44,826 nucleotides of DNA from IMG/VR virus record IMGVR_UViG_2718218398_000008; one strand, given 5' to 3'. This DNA is from a virus. Taxonomy: Duplodnaviria; Heunggongvirae; Uroviricota; Caudoviricetes. Below the pieces are notes generated by a model. It was not told where the DNA came from and made no database searches. It was given only the letters and a program-made list of their open reading frames with translations. This document shows, piece by piece, positions 1 through 8,610 of this stretch (within the stretch, counting starts at the first letter, position 1; each line of letters opens with the position of its first letter). A program made the translations under genes and the position numbers.

Positions 1-91
1 CACAACATCCGAGGACAGCAACACCCGATACTTTTTCCTGGCTTCCAGCAACGGGGTTTCTTCCTCCGTTGCATATACAGCTCACCTTTTT

Positions 92-385
92 TCACCCACG
101 ATTAACCAACAGCCAGACCAGCAGACACGCCACCACCGGCACAGCAAAATCCATCAGGCTTGCCACATCCCAAGCTCGCGGATCAAAACCGCCCCACCAC
201 GGCATATTCATTCGCTTGCCATGCCCGAACATTTCAATCCAGCGATATTCTGCCTGGGTATGTTCACGCGCAATGAAGAACGTACAACCGGCTATCGCTC
301 CGTAAGCCCAGTTTCCGGTAAAAAGACCAACCAGTATCTGCGCAGCCACAGCACAAAGTGCATGAAGTAAGGGGCTTATATCCAT
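92..385 (-). CDS. hypothetical small membrane protein (97 aa, 2-3 predicted hydrophobic helices), last gene of the tail fibre operon
   Basis: ORF track; hydrophobic stretches at residues ~5-23, ~27-38 and ~77-95; 12 bp downstream of preceding ORF on same strand; no family recognised. Confidence 0.4.
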   Translation of the reverse strand: MDISPLLHALCAVAAQILVGLFTGNWAYGAIAGCTFFIAREHTQAEYRWIEMFGHGKRMNMPWWGGFDPRAWDVASLMDFAVPVVACLLVWLLVNRG

Positions 386-397
386 TATTTCCTCCTT

Positions 398-676
398 TCA
401 GCTCCATTCCCGAAGCGGTGTTTCCAGCTCCACGACATAATCAGAGAATACAGAAACATCAAACAAGTCATCAAGAATGCGAATGTTGACAAAATAACCG
501 TCATTCCGGACACAGACAGGTTCTCCCTCTTCTGTTACCCCTGTTTCTGTGTAGGTGAAACCAATTTCATCGACTAACAGTTTATTCTGGAGGTCTTCAT
601 CCTCCTCCCAGTCAAGAGATGACAGGAAGGATTTAAACTCTCTGTTACCAGGAAATTTCAAAGTTAAATCTTTCAT
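398..676 (-). CDS. hypothetical strongly acidic protein (92 aa), start overlaps stop of upstream tail fibre gene
   Basis: ORF track; Asp/Glu-rich composition; start/stop overlap (673..676) with stf-like gene suggests translational coupling; sits where lambda tfa would be but does not resemble Tfa. Confidence 0.4.
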   Translation of the reverse strand: MKDLTLKFPGNREFKSFLSSLDWEEDEDLQNKLLVDEIGFTYTETGVTEEGEPVCVRNDGYFVNIRILDDLFDVSVFSDYVVELETPLREWS

Positions 677-2700
677 ACTGCCTCCTTGATTTGCCTGTCA
701 TTTAATTCTTTAAACCAGACTCTGAAATTTCTGATGTGTCCAAACAAATGACGCGTTCCTGCTGCGGTCTGCCCACCAAACCGGTACGATGTTGCTGTAA
801 CTCCAAATATTTTACCATTAAGGTTTGTTGTATAATTACCATTGCATATTGCATTTACTGATAAATCAGATTTAGCTCTCACACCCACAATGAACCTTTC
901 TCCATCTGAGGCAATTTGTGGCTGAACCATTCCTACGTTGGCGCTTATCTTTCCTGTTGCAACAAACCCCAGCGATAAATAATTATCATCAATACTGTGC
1001 CCTCCAACATCAAATATCCTTGGCGCAACATTGGGCGGTGTACTCCAGTTCCTGCTTACTTCGCACAATACCGTAAAAGGCCGTGTTGACAGGTTATTCT
1101 GCGATGGGATAGTAACTACATCACTTGCGCGTGTTGTTGGCATTGTAGTTACAATAAATGACGATGCCGTATTGCCCAGTTCAATTTGCGGCGTCGTCAT
1201 GGTTAATGTTGAGTCATCATAGAATGTCTCATTACTTATTTTATTTGTCATATAAAAAGCACAGTTAACGGTATCAATGTCCGTATTAGCTGTATAAGTG
1301 GCCTCATAGTAGGTCCACTCGCCCTGTTGTTCAGCTTTGGCTGTTATAAGGGATGTATTACCGCTTACTGTTGCGATCCGGGTATCCAGATCAAGATAAG
1401 AGTCAGCAGAGAAGGTATCTGTTCCACCAATAATAACTGAAACTCTTAACCTGCATCGTGCTTTAGCGCCTTTAACCCGGCACGAAAAAGTGAAACATTC
1501 ACCACTTGCCAGCGGGAATCTGTCTGCTGCAACCACACCATGCACAGTATAGCCACCTGTTGTTCCCACTATACTTTCCGTGGGTGTCACCGTGGCATAA
1601 TTGAACCCCTGTTTATCAGTGCCAAATGTTTTATTCAGTGCGGAATGAACAGTCCATGAGTCTGGTTTATTTGAGTTCCTCAGATAATTTGTCCTCTGTC
1701 CTTCAATCAATAAGCCATCGCGCTCAAATCGCGGTTCGTCAACTTCAGCAAGCTTGAGTTGGCCGGACTTATTAATATACGTTGCTGTTGAAGCACGTTT
1801 AAACTTAACAATCTTGTCGCCTGGCATTGTTATTTCATCGTCACCAATAACTATCTTTTTATAAGATGGCGAAAAACCCGTAATCATATCCAGTGAATCG
1901 TTAAACGGTATCCACACATCAGGCAGCGGCGGCACTATATTCGCACAGGGCTCTGCAGTCACTTCCGCTGCGGCTTCTGCGCGGTCTGCCGCCTTTTCAG
2001 CTCGTGTCGCTGCCGACAGAGCCTCATCCTTTTTCTGCCCGGCCTTTGTTGCGTCTGCTGCGGCCTCCCGCGCTTTTGTGGTGGCGACTCCGGCATTTTC
2101 AGCGGCTGACTCTGCATTACGGCGGGAAGCCTCTTCACTGTCTGCGGAGGCTTCTTCTGACGCACGGGCATTTGTCTCTGAACGTTCTGCCGCTGTTGCT
2201 GCGTTTTGTGCGGCTGTTTTTGAAGAAGCTGCCGCTTTCGCGCTGTTACCTGCATTCGTCTCTGATGTTTTCGCCGCGTTCCTGGACGATGCCGCTGCTG
2301 TTTCTGATTTCTTTGCTGCCGCTGCGCTCTGAGAGGCGGCTTCAGCGTTGCGTGCCGCCTCTTCCACCATCTTTTCAAAACGATACAGTGCCTCCGGACA
2401 AACATCATCTTCTGTTGCAGCGCCCAGAAAATCATTCAATGTCCCCGGCTTAGAATCCTCATACACGGTGATGGTCCCGGCATGTGAAGGCGGAAAACCT
2501 TCAACCAGCAGGGCGACGCTGTACTGGCCATACTCAACATCCATGCTGTAACGTCCGGCTTCATCCGGATTTTCTGAGGCCACCGTGTTCACCACAACTG
2601 TGGTGCTGTTACGTTTTGCTTTGAGCTGAATGGTGCAGTTCTGTATCGGTTTTCCTGCACCGTCTTTCAGCACACCTGAAATCTGTACTGCCATATTCAC
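673..2700 (-). CDS. stf: side tail fibre protein (Stf-like): lambda-type N-terminus, Ala/Ser-rich low-complexity shaft, non-lambda C-terminal domain
   Basis: N-terminus MAVQISGVLKDGAGKPIQNCTIQLKAKRNSTTVVVNTV... matches lambda Stf N-terminal domain; Ala/Ser/Glu-rich repeats; C-terminal ~400 aa beta-rich and unlike lambda. Confidence 0.75.
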   Translation of the reverse strand: MNMAVQISGVLKDGAGKPIQNCTIQLKAKRNSTTVVVNTVASENPDEAGRYSMDVEYGQYSVALLVEGFPPSHAGTITVYEDSKPGTLNDFLGAATEDDVCPEALYRFEKMVEEAARNAEAASQSAAAAKKSETAAASSRNAAKTSETNAGNSAKAAASSKTAAQNAATAAERSETNARASEEASADSEEASRRNAESAAENAGVATTKAREAAADATKAGQKKDEALSAATRAEKAADRAEAAAEVTAEPCANIVPPLPDVWIPFNDSLDMITGFSPSYKKIVIGDDEITMPGDKIVKFKRASTATYINKSGQLKLAEVDEPRFERDGLLIEGQRTNYLRNSNKPDSWTVHSALNKTFGTDKQGFNYATVTPTESIVGTTGGYTVHGVVAADRFPLASGECFTFSCRVKGAKARCRLRVSVIIGGTDTFSADSYLDLDTRIATVSGNTSLITAKAEQQGEWTYYEATYTANTDIDTVNCAFYMTNKISNETFYDDSTLTMTTPQIELGNTASSFIVTTMPTTRASDVVTIPSQNNLSTRPFTVLCEVSRNWSTPPNVAPRIFDVGGHSIDDNYLSLGFVATGKISANVGMVQPQIASDGERFIVGVRAKSDLSVNAICNGNYTTNLNGKIFGVTATSYRFGGQTAAGTRHLFGHIRNFRVWFKELNDRQIKEAV

Positions 2701-2752
2701 TCCACAAATAAAAAAGGCACCATTTCTGGTGCCCGAATTTGGGTTTTAAAAT

Positions 2753-5700
2753 TCAACTGATACTGATGCCGGCTGTTGATTTCTTCATCACGACAACAAG
2801 AAGGTCGCTGATACTGGTCGTTGGCGTCCAGTTATTTGCACCATATGAAGAAACATTGAAAGTCAGGGTGACATGGCCGTGTCCGGCAGGCATATCAATG
2901 ACTGATGAAAATACCCTGCTGACATCCGTCGCGGGTTGCTGAAAGATTTCCTGTCCGTTCTTCAGCACCTGCAGCTTACAGGTTGAATACCAGTATGACT
3001 GTTGGTTGTTGCTGTTGAAGTTTTCATGCTTACCACCGCGAAACAGAACGGGGGGGACGACTATCTGACGGTCAAAAGCCTGGTCATCGTACACAGTGAC
3101 CGTTATTGTACCGCTGGCATAACTGCCATTTCTCGGAAAGGCTTTTCCCACCGTTTTGACAATATCACCTTCAATCTGGTTAGCTGACAGTTTTCCCAGA
3201 ATCCGACAGTTCTGGTTAATCGTGACATTATTGAGCGTCCCGGAGTTCGCATTCACGTTACCGCTGATATCCGCATTTCTCGCAGAAAGTCGACCATCAG
3301 GTGTCAGTGAAAACGTTGGGGGATTGCCACCGCTGGTAATGGTGGGAGCCGTCAGATATTTCAGGAACACTTCGTTCATGAATATCTGATCGCCCTGCCC
3401 AACAAACATCGGCTTTGTATTGCCATTCGCAGGATTAATCATCGCAATCCTGTCCGCCGCCAGCAGCACCTGACTCTGCATACCGTCAGGGGTATTCTCA
3501 ATACCGGCACCAATACCCGCGATATAAAGGCGTCCGTCCTGCATCTGCTGCAGCTTCACAGCCCACATGCTGTTCAGGTTATTATTTGTATCAACCTGAA
3601 CCTTCTGTATCTGCTGGATCGCTGCACTCTGGTCTTCCAGTTTCTTATTGACGGTCTGCGTGATTTCATTGCTGACATCCGTAATGGACGTCCTGATTTC
3701 AGCCAGGTCAGGCGCAAGCTGACCGTTATCAATCTGCGTCCACAACTCCTGAGCCAGATGGGTTTTCCCTATCTCTCCTTTGAAAAAATCCAGATAGCCG
3801 GATGCATCATCACTCGGCTGGCCAACAGCCTCCACAAATGCCGATTTGCCAACGGTGTTCACACTGCGAATGTAAAAATAATAATCATGGCCCGGTTTGA
3901 TATTGATACTGGCGGCTATCCAGTACAGCGCCGTACCAAGATAACGCGCGCTGGCTTCAACCTGCCTGATATCCGCAATCCGCTTTTCCGAGAACCAGAA
4001 CTCAAACTGTACCGTCGGATCATAAACGGCAAGATGCGGCGTTGCGGTTATCTGAAAATAGCCCGGCGTCAGCTCAATCCGCGATGGCGCTGCCGGTGCG
4101 GCAATCCGGAACGATACCGACGCCGGATCCCCCTGCTGCCCCCACGCATTTACCGCCCGGACTGTCAGCCTGTAGTTCCCCAGCGCCAGTTGCCTGAAGC
4201 GGTATGTGGTTTCCGTCGTCCTGGCCGTGCTGACCAGCCGCTCACTGCCGTCATCCGCTGCCACGGTCAGGCGAAGCATAAAGCTCACCCCCTTCACCAC
4301 CTTCGGTGTGTCCCATCGCGCCAGCACCTGATATTCCCCGCTGTCTGCGGTGACTTCTGCGGTCAGGTGCTGCACCGCGGGCGGCGTGACACCATTCACC
4401 GTGCCACTCTGTTCGCCGTCAAAGTGCGCCCCGTTATCCACGATGGTCTCTTTTTCCGGCACATGCTGCACGGCGGTGATGGCATACGTGCCGTCGTCGT
4501 TTTCACGGATACTCACGCAGCGGAACAGTCGCTGGCGCAGCGTCGGCAGCTTCAGCCCCCATACGCTGTATTCAGCAACACCGTCAGGAACACGGCTCAC
4601 TTTCACCTTCACGCCGTCGGTGACGGACTGAACCTCCACGCTGACCGGATTGCCACTTCCGTCAACCAGGCTTATCAGCGTGGTACCGGAGGATGGCAGC
4701 GTGATTTCACGGTCGAGCGTCAGCGTCCGGGTCTGGCTGTTCACCGCCAGCACACGACCACCGGTGCTGATACCGGCATAGTCATCATCGCAGATTTCAA
4801 TGACATCCCCCGGTACATGGCGAAGCCCTTCAGCACCCACGCTGAAGTCCACGGTCTGCGTTTCCAGCAGCTCCGTTTTAATCAGCCACAGCCCGGCGCG
4901 GTGTGCCTGCCCCCGGCTGGTACAGCCAAAGGCATCCATCTTCGTGACGTTACGGCCGTAACGGGCAATGGCCTGCGTATCCTCCACGAGCTCTGTCGCC
5001 GTCTCCCAGCCGTTATCCGGGTCAATCCAGTTCACCTCAACGGCATTATGGCGGTCCTTCAGGGCGCTGAAGCTGTAGCGGAACGGCGCGCCATCATCCG
5101 GCATCACCACATTACTGCGGTTATAGGTCCACACCTTATCTGATGGTCGGTCCTGCACGAACGTCAGCGTCTGCCCGTTCCATACCGGCATACAGCGCAT
5201 CGCCGAGCAGAAATCACTGAGCACATCCCACGCCTTGCGCTGTGTGGTCAGGTACGCATTACAGGTAATGCGCGGCTCCGTGCCGCCAAAGCCGTCCGGC
5301 ACCGACTGGTCGCAGTACTGGCCGATGACATACAGCGCCCATTTATCCACATCCGCCGCACCAAGACGTTTCCCCATGCCGTAGCGCGGATGGGTCAGCA
5401 TATCCCACAGACACCAGGCCATGTTGTTGCTGTATGCCGGTTTTAACGTTCCGTCCCAGATACCGCTGTATTGCCGCGTCTGCGGGTTATAGTTCGACGG
5501 CACCTGCAGAATGCGCCCGCGAAGATGATAATTACGGCTCACCTGCTGGCTGCCGAACTGCTCCGAGTCCACCTGCACGCCAACCAGTGCCGTGTTCGGG
5601 TAGCACTGTTTCACATCGATGATTTCGGTGTATGACGACCAGAGCGTTTTGTTCAGCAGCTGGTCTGTGGTGCTGTCCGGCGTCATCCTGCGCATCCGGA

Positions 5701-6235
5701 TATTAAACGGGCGCGGCGGCAGGTTATCCACCACCACCGAGGCCAGATACTGCGAGGTGGTTTTGCCCTTAATGGTGATGTCTTTTTCCGTCACCCAGCC
5801 ACCGTTACGCTGTATCTGAACCAGCAGGCGAACTTCCGACGGATTCCTGTCTCCCTTTGAGGTGGTTTCCACCAGTGCCTGTACACCGAAGGTAAAGCGC
5901 AGACGGTCGATGTTTGCCGACGTGATGGTCCGGGTGATCGGCGTGTCATATTTCACTTCCGTACCCAGCACCGTCTCGGAGCCGGAGGATTCAAATCCCT
6001 CCGGCGGTGACTGCTCCTGCTCACCGGCCCGGAACACCACCGTGACGCCGGATATATTGGTATTCCCCTCACTGTCCAGCACCGGCGTACTGTTCAGCAG
6101 CACGCTTTTTAATCCATCCACCGGACCTTCAACCGGCCCTTCGCTGATGGCATCGATCACACTCAGCAGCTGCGTGGACTTCAGGTTGTCCTTCGCTTCG
6201 CGCGGGGTATGCCCCTTACTGCTGCCTTTACCCAT
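2753..6235 (-). CDS. J: tail tip / host specificity protein J (1160 aa), C-terminal receptor-binding region diverged from lambda
   Basis: Length and position after I; conserved lambda J motifs through most of the protein; last ~150 aa differ from the lambda LamB-binding domain. Confidence 0.95.
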   Translation of the reverse strand: MGKGSSKGHTPREAKDNLKSTQLLSVIDAISEGPVEGPVDGLKSVLLNSTPVLDSEGNTNISGVTVVFRAGEQEQSPPEGFESSGSETVLGTEVKYDTPITRTITSANIDRLRFTFGVQALVETTSKGDRNPSEVRLLVQIQRNGGWVTEKDITIKGKTTSQYLASVVVDNLPPRPFNIRMRRMTPDSTTDQLLNKTLWSSYTEIIDVKQCYPNTALVGVQVDSEQFGSQQVSRNYHLRGRILQVPSNYNPQTRQYSGIWDGTLKPAYSNNMAWCLWDMLTHPRYGMGKRLGAADVDKWALYVIGQYCDQSVPDGFGGTEPRITCNAYLTTQRKAWDVLSDFCSAMRCMPVWNGQTLTFVQDRPSDKVWTYNRSNVVMPDDGAPFRYSFSALKDRHNAVEVNWIDPDNGWETATELVEDTQAIARYGRNVTKMDAFGCTSRGQAHRAGLWLIKTELLETQTVDFSVGAEGLRHVPGDVIEICDDDYAGISTGGRVLAVNSQTRTLTLDREITLPSSGTTLISLVDGSGNPVSVEVQSVTDGVKVKVSRVPDGVAEYSVWGLKLPTLRQRLFRCVSIRENDDGTYAITAVQHVPEKETIVDNGAHFDGEQSGTVNGVTPPAVQHLTAEVTADSGEYQVLARWDTPKVVKGVSFMLRLTVAADDGSERLVSTARTTETTYRFRQLALGNYRLTVRAVNAWGQQGDPASVSFRIAAPAAPSRIELTPGYFQITATPHLAVYDPTVQFEFWFSEKRIADIRQVEASARYLGTALYWIAASINIKPGHDYYFYIRSVNTVGKSAFVEAVGQPSDDASGYLDFFKGEIGKTHLAQELWTQIDNGQLAPDLAEIRTSITDVSNEITQTVNKKLEDQSAAIQQIQKVQVDTNNNLNSMWAVKLQQMQDGRLYIAGIGAGIENTPDGMQSQVLLAADRIAMINPANGNTKPMFVGQGDQIFMNEVFLKYLTAPTITSGGNPPTFSLTPDGRLSARNADISGNVNANSGTLNNVTINQNCRILGKLSANQIEGDIVKTVGKAFPRNGSYASGTITVTVYDDQAFDRQIVVPPVLFRGGKHENFNSNNQQSYWYSTCKLQVLKNGQEIFQQPATDVSRVFSSVIDMPAGHGHVTLTFNVSSYGANNWTPTTSISDLLVVVMKKSTAGISIS

Positions 6236-6295
6236 TCGTCATGCTCCATAAACGATAAAACCGCCCGGAGGCGGTTTCACATAAAACGTTTTTCA

Positions 6296-6937
6296 TCAGC
6301 GACCAATCACCACAACCTGACCACCATCACCTTCATCTGCTGTGCTGATCTCCTGAGATACCACACGTGATCCCACGCGCATTTCACCGTACAGAACGGG
6401 CAGAACATTGCCCTGGGCAACCATATTATCCAGTGAAGAAAAATAGGTGTTCTGTTTGCCGTTATCCGTTGTCTGTGTGCGGGGGGTTCTGGGTTTAGGG
6501 GCCAGCATCTGTGCAACACCGCCAAGCGTCATACTGGCACCGAGAGAAAACAGCAGATTACTCGCCATAATTCCTACCCCCGGCATCCATATAGCAACCG
6601 CCATAACAGCCGCCCCCAGCACAGCCTGAAACACACCGCCACTTTTGGCTCCTGCCAGACGCGGCACGATATGGATCACAGCACCATTTGCCAGCGGTTC
6701 ATTAAGACGGGCTGATAATTCCGTTTCACCTGTATCACGCCCGGCAATCCGTACCTGATACCAGCCGTCGCTCAGTTTCTGACGAAACGCCGGGAGCTGT
6801 GTGGCCAGCGCCCGGATGGCTTCAGCCCCCGTTTTCACACGAAGGTCGATGCGGCGGCCAAATCGTTGTAAATCCCCGTAAAGGCAGATGCGCGCCATGC
6901 CCGGTGACGCCAGAGGGAGTGTGTGCGTCGCTGCCAT
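6296..6937 (-). CDS. I: tail assembly protein I
   Basis: Lambda I-like sequence; overlaps K by ~100 nt as in lambda. Confidence 0.9.
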   Translation of the reverse strand: MAATHTLPLASPGMARICLYGDLQRFGRRIDLRVKTGAEAIRALATQLPAFRQKLSDGWYQVRIAGRDTGETELSARLNEPLANGAVIHIVPRLAGAKSGGVFQAVLGAAVMAVAIWMPGVGIMASNLLFSLGASMTLGGVAQMLAPKPRTPRTQTTDNGKQNTYFSSLDNMVAQGNVLPVLYGEMRVGSRVVSQEISTADEGDGGQVVVIGR

Positions 6938-7578
6938 TTGTCGGTATACCTCTCTCGTTTGCTCAGTTGTTCAGGAATATGGTGCAGCAGCTCGCCATCA
7001 CCACAGTAAATGGCGGCATGATTCGGCACCGATGAACCAAAACAGCACAGCAGCACATCGCCCGGTTGTGCTGATGACAACGGCACCTGATACAGCCCTG
7101 TGGCCTCCAGATTATCCAGATAGAGATTCTGACCGTGACGCCACCAGTCATCCCCGCGATGAAAATCCGGCATCTCAATCCCCGCCAGATGATAAGCATC
7201 CCGGAACAGCGTGTAACAGTCCGTCACCCCGTGCTCAAAGCACCGCCCGGTAAGATGCGGCACACAGCGGAATTTATGAATCTCACCCCGGCAGACCAGC
7301 CACCACGGCAAATCGCTCTGCACCTGCAGCCGCCTGTCAGCCTCACTCAGCCAGGGCAGACCACCGGGGTGGCTGTGGACCAGCGCCACAATCTCACCCT
7401 GCATCTCTGCCCGCAGCCAGTCCTCCGGCGACATCCGGAAATACGCCTCCGGCTCACCGGAGATATTCACGCAGGGAAAATATCTTTCCCCCTTCGGCGT
7501 TCTCACCACGAAGCCACACGACTCCGCTGGCGCACATCGCCGGGCGTGCGCCAGAATCGCTGATTCTGTCTGTGTCAT
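6835..7578 (-). CDS. K: tail assembly protein K (NlpC/P60-like); start placed at MTQTES, alternative lambda-annotated start near 7431
   Basis: Lambda K-like sequence including conserved Cys/His; follows L. Confidence 0.85.
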   Translation of the reverse strand: MTQTESAILAHARRCAPAESCGFVVRTPKGERYFPCVNISGEPEAYFRMSPEDWLRAEMQGEIVALVHSHPGGLPWLSEADRRLQVQSDLPWWLVCRGEIHKFRCVPHLTGRCFEHGVTDCYTLFRDAYHLAGIEMPDFHRGDDWWRHGQNLYLDNLEATGLYQVPLSSAQPGDVLLCCFGSSVPNHAAIYCGDGELLHHIPEQLSKRERYTDKWQRRTHSLWRHRAWRASAFTGIYNDLAAASTFV

Positions 7579-7582
7579 GGGA

Positions 7583-8281
7583 TTACTGCGAAAGTTTGTT
7601 AATGGAAAGGAAGCCGCCAAAGTTGCCGACGTTATTGCGGAACTTACAACCGCTCAGGCATTTGCTGCATTTATCCTTCGTGATATCGGACGTTGGCTGG
7701 TCATATTCATCCGCGACAGCCGGACCGCTATAACCGCACTCGTCACCGCGATAGGTCCAGGTGCAGGTGTTGGCCAGCATGATACGTCCCGGAAAAACAG
7801 CGCCATCCGTTTCCGTCGGCGTGGACAGTACAAAGGAGGCACTCACCGCGCTCAGTTCGCTGCACTGCTCAATGCGCCAGCGGCTGATCACCTCCTGCTC
7901 CGGATCGGCATAACTGTTTCCGTTGACGAAGTTCACCGCATCCAGAAAACGGGCGTAAACCTTACGCCGGACCACCGTTCCGCCGACCAGACTCTGCAGA
8001 TCTTCCGCCATCCCGGTGACCATACCGTACAGGTTAGAAACCGTCAGCGTGGGGCGCGTACTGGTGCCTTTGCCATTCAGTTCAAAACCGCTCCCCTGAA
8101 TGGGATACGGCTGATACTGTCGCCCCTGCCAGGTGACCGGCTCACCTTTTTCGTTCTGCTCATTACAGAAAAAATAACGTTCTCCACCGACCTCTGTCAG
8201 GTCGATTTCCCAGAGCACCACGCTGGCCGACTGCTCCGCACGGGTGCATTCATTCAGTGTTTCCTGCCGGATATCCTGCAT
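7583..8281 (-). CDS. L: minor tail protein L
   Basis: Lambda L-like, 232 aa, correct synteny. Confidence 0.9.
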   Translation of the reverse strand: MQDIRQETLNECTRAEQSASVVLWEIDLTEVGGERYFFCNEQNEKGEPVTWQGRQYQPYPIQGSGFELNGKGTSTRPTLTVSNLYGMVTGMAEDLQSLVGGTVVRRKVYARFLDAVNFVNGNSYADPEQEVISRWRIEQCSELSAVSASFVLSTPTETDGAVFPGRIMLANTCTWTYRGDECGYSGPAVADEYDQPTSDITKDKCSKCLSGCKFRNNVGNFGGFLSINKLSQ

Positions 8282-8610
8282 CAGTTCACCACCTGTTCAA
8301 ACTCTGCGCTGAACTCAACACGCAGCATACTGACCCGCGACGACCATTTTGCGCAGGTCACCTTTATCTGCTGCCACTCATAAGGCGGCGTCCACAGAAA
8401 GGATTTCCAGCCCCCGTGCTCTTCCAGAAACGACTCCAGTACCGTGGCCTCCTCACGGGGGACAGAAAGCGTCACGCTGTACGTTTTCAGGTTGGCATTC
8501 AGCCCGGCAGGCGCTCGCTGAGAATAGCCATCACCAAAGCGCACCTTTCTTACAGAAGGGACCGAAGCCACATCCATACCGGGTTTCACTTTCCAGCGGA
8601 AGGTCTTCAT
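8281..8610 (-). CDS. M: minor tail protein M
   Basis: Lambda M-like, 109 aa. Confidence 0.9.
   Translation of the reverse strand: MKTFRWKVKPGMDVASVPSVRKVRFGDGYSQRAPAGLNANLKTYSVTLSVPREEATVLESFLEEHGGWKSFLWTPPYEWQQIKVTCAKWSSRVSMLRVEFSAEFEQVVN

Noticed and set aside
1-91. Possible attachment site or prophage boundary at the window start
   Set aside because: No repeat matching the integrase-proximal end is visible within the window; both att sites presumably lie outside it.
1959-2453. Overlapping 149-158-aa ORFs on both strands within the stf shaft region
   Set aside because: Alternative frames of the Ala/Ser-rich repetitive coding sequence of stf; compositionally implausible (poly-Arg/Gln/Leu).
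3758-5143. 461-aa plus-strand ORF and other long plus-strand ORFs (4350..4631, 5862..6251) inside the J region
   Set aside because: Antisense to the well-supported J gene, Arg/Pro/His-rich low-complexity translation typical of GC-rich antisense frames; no start context.
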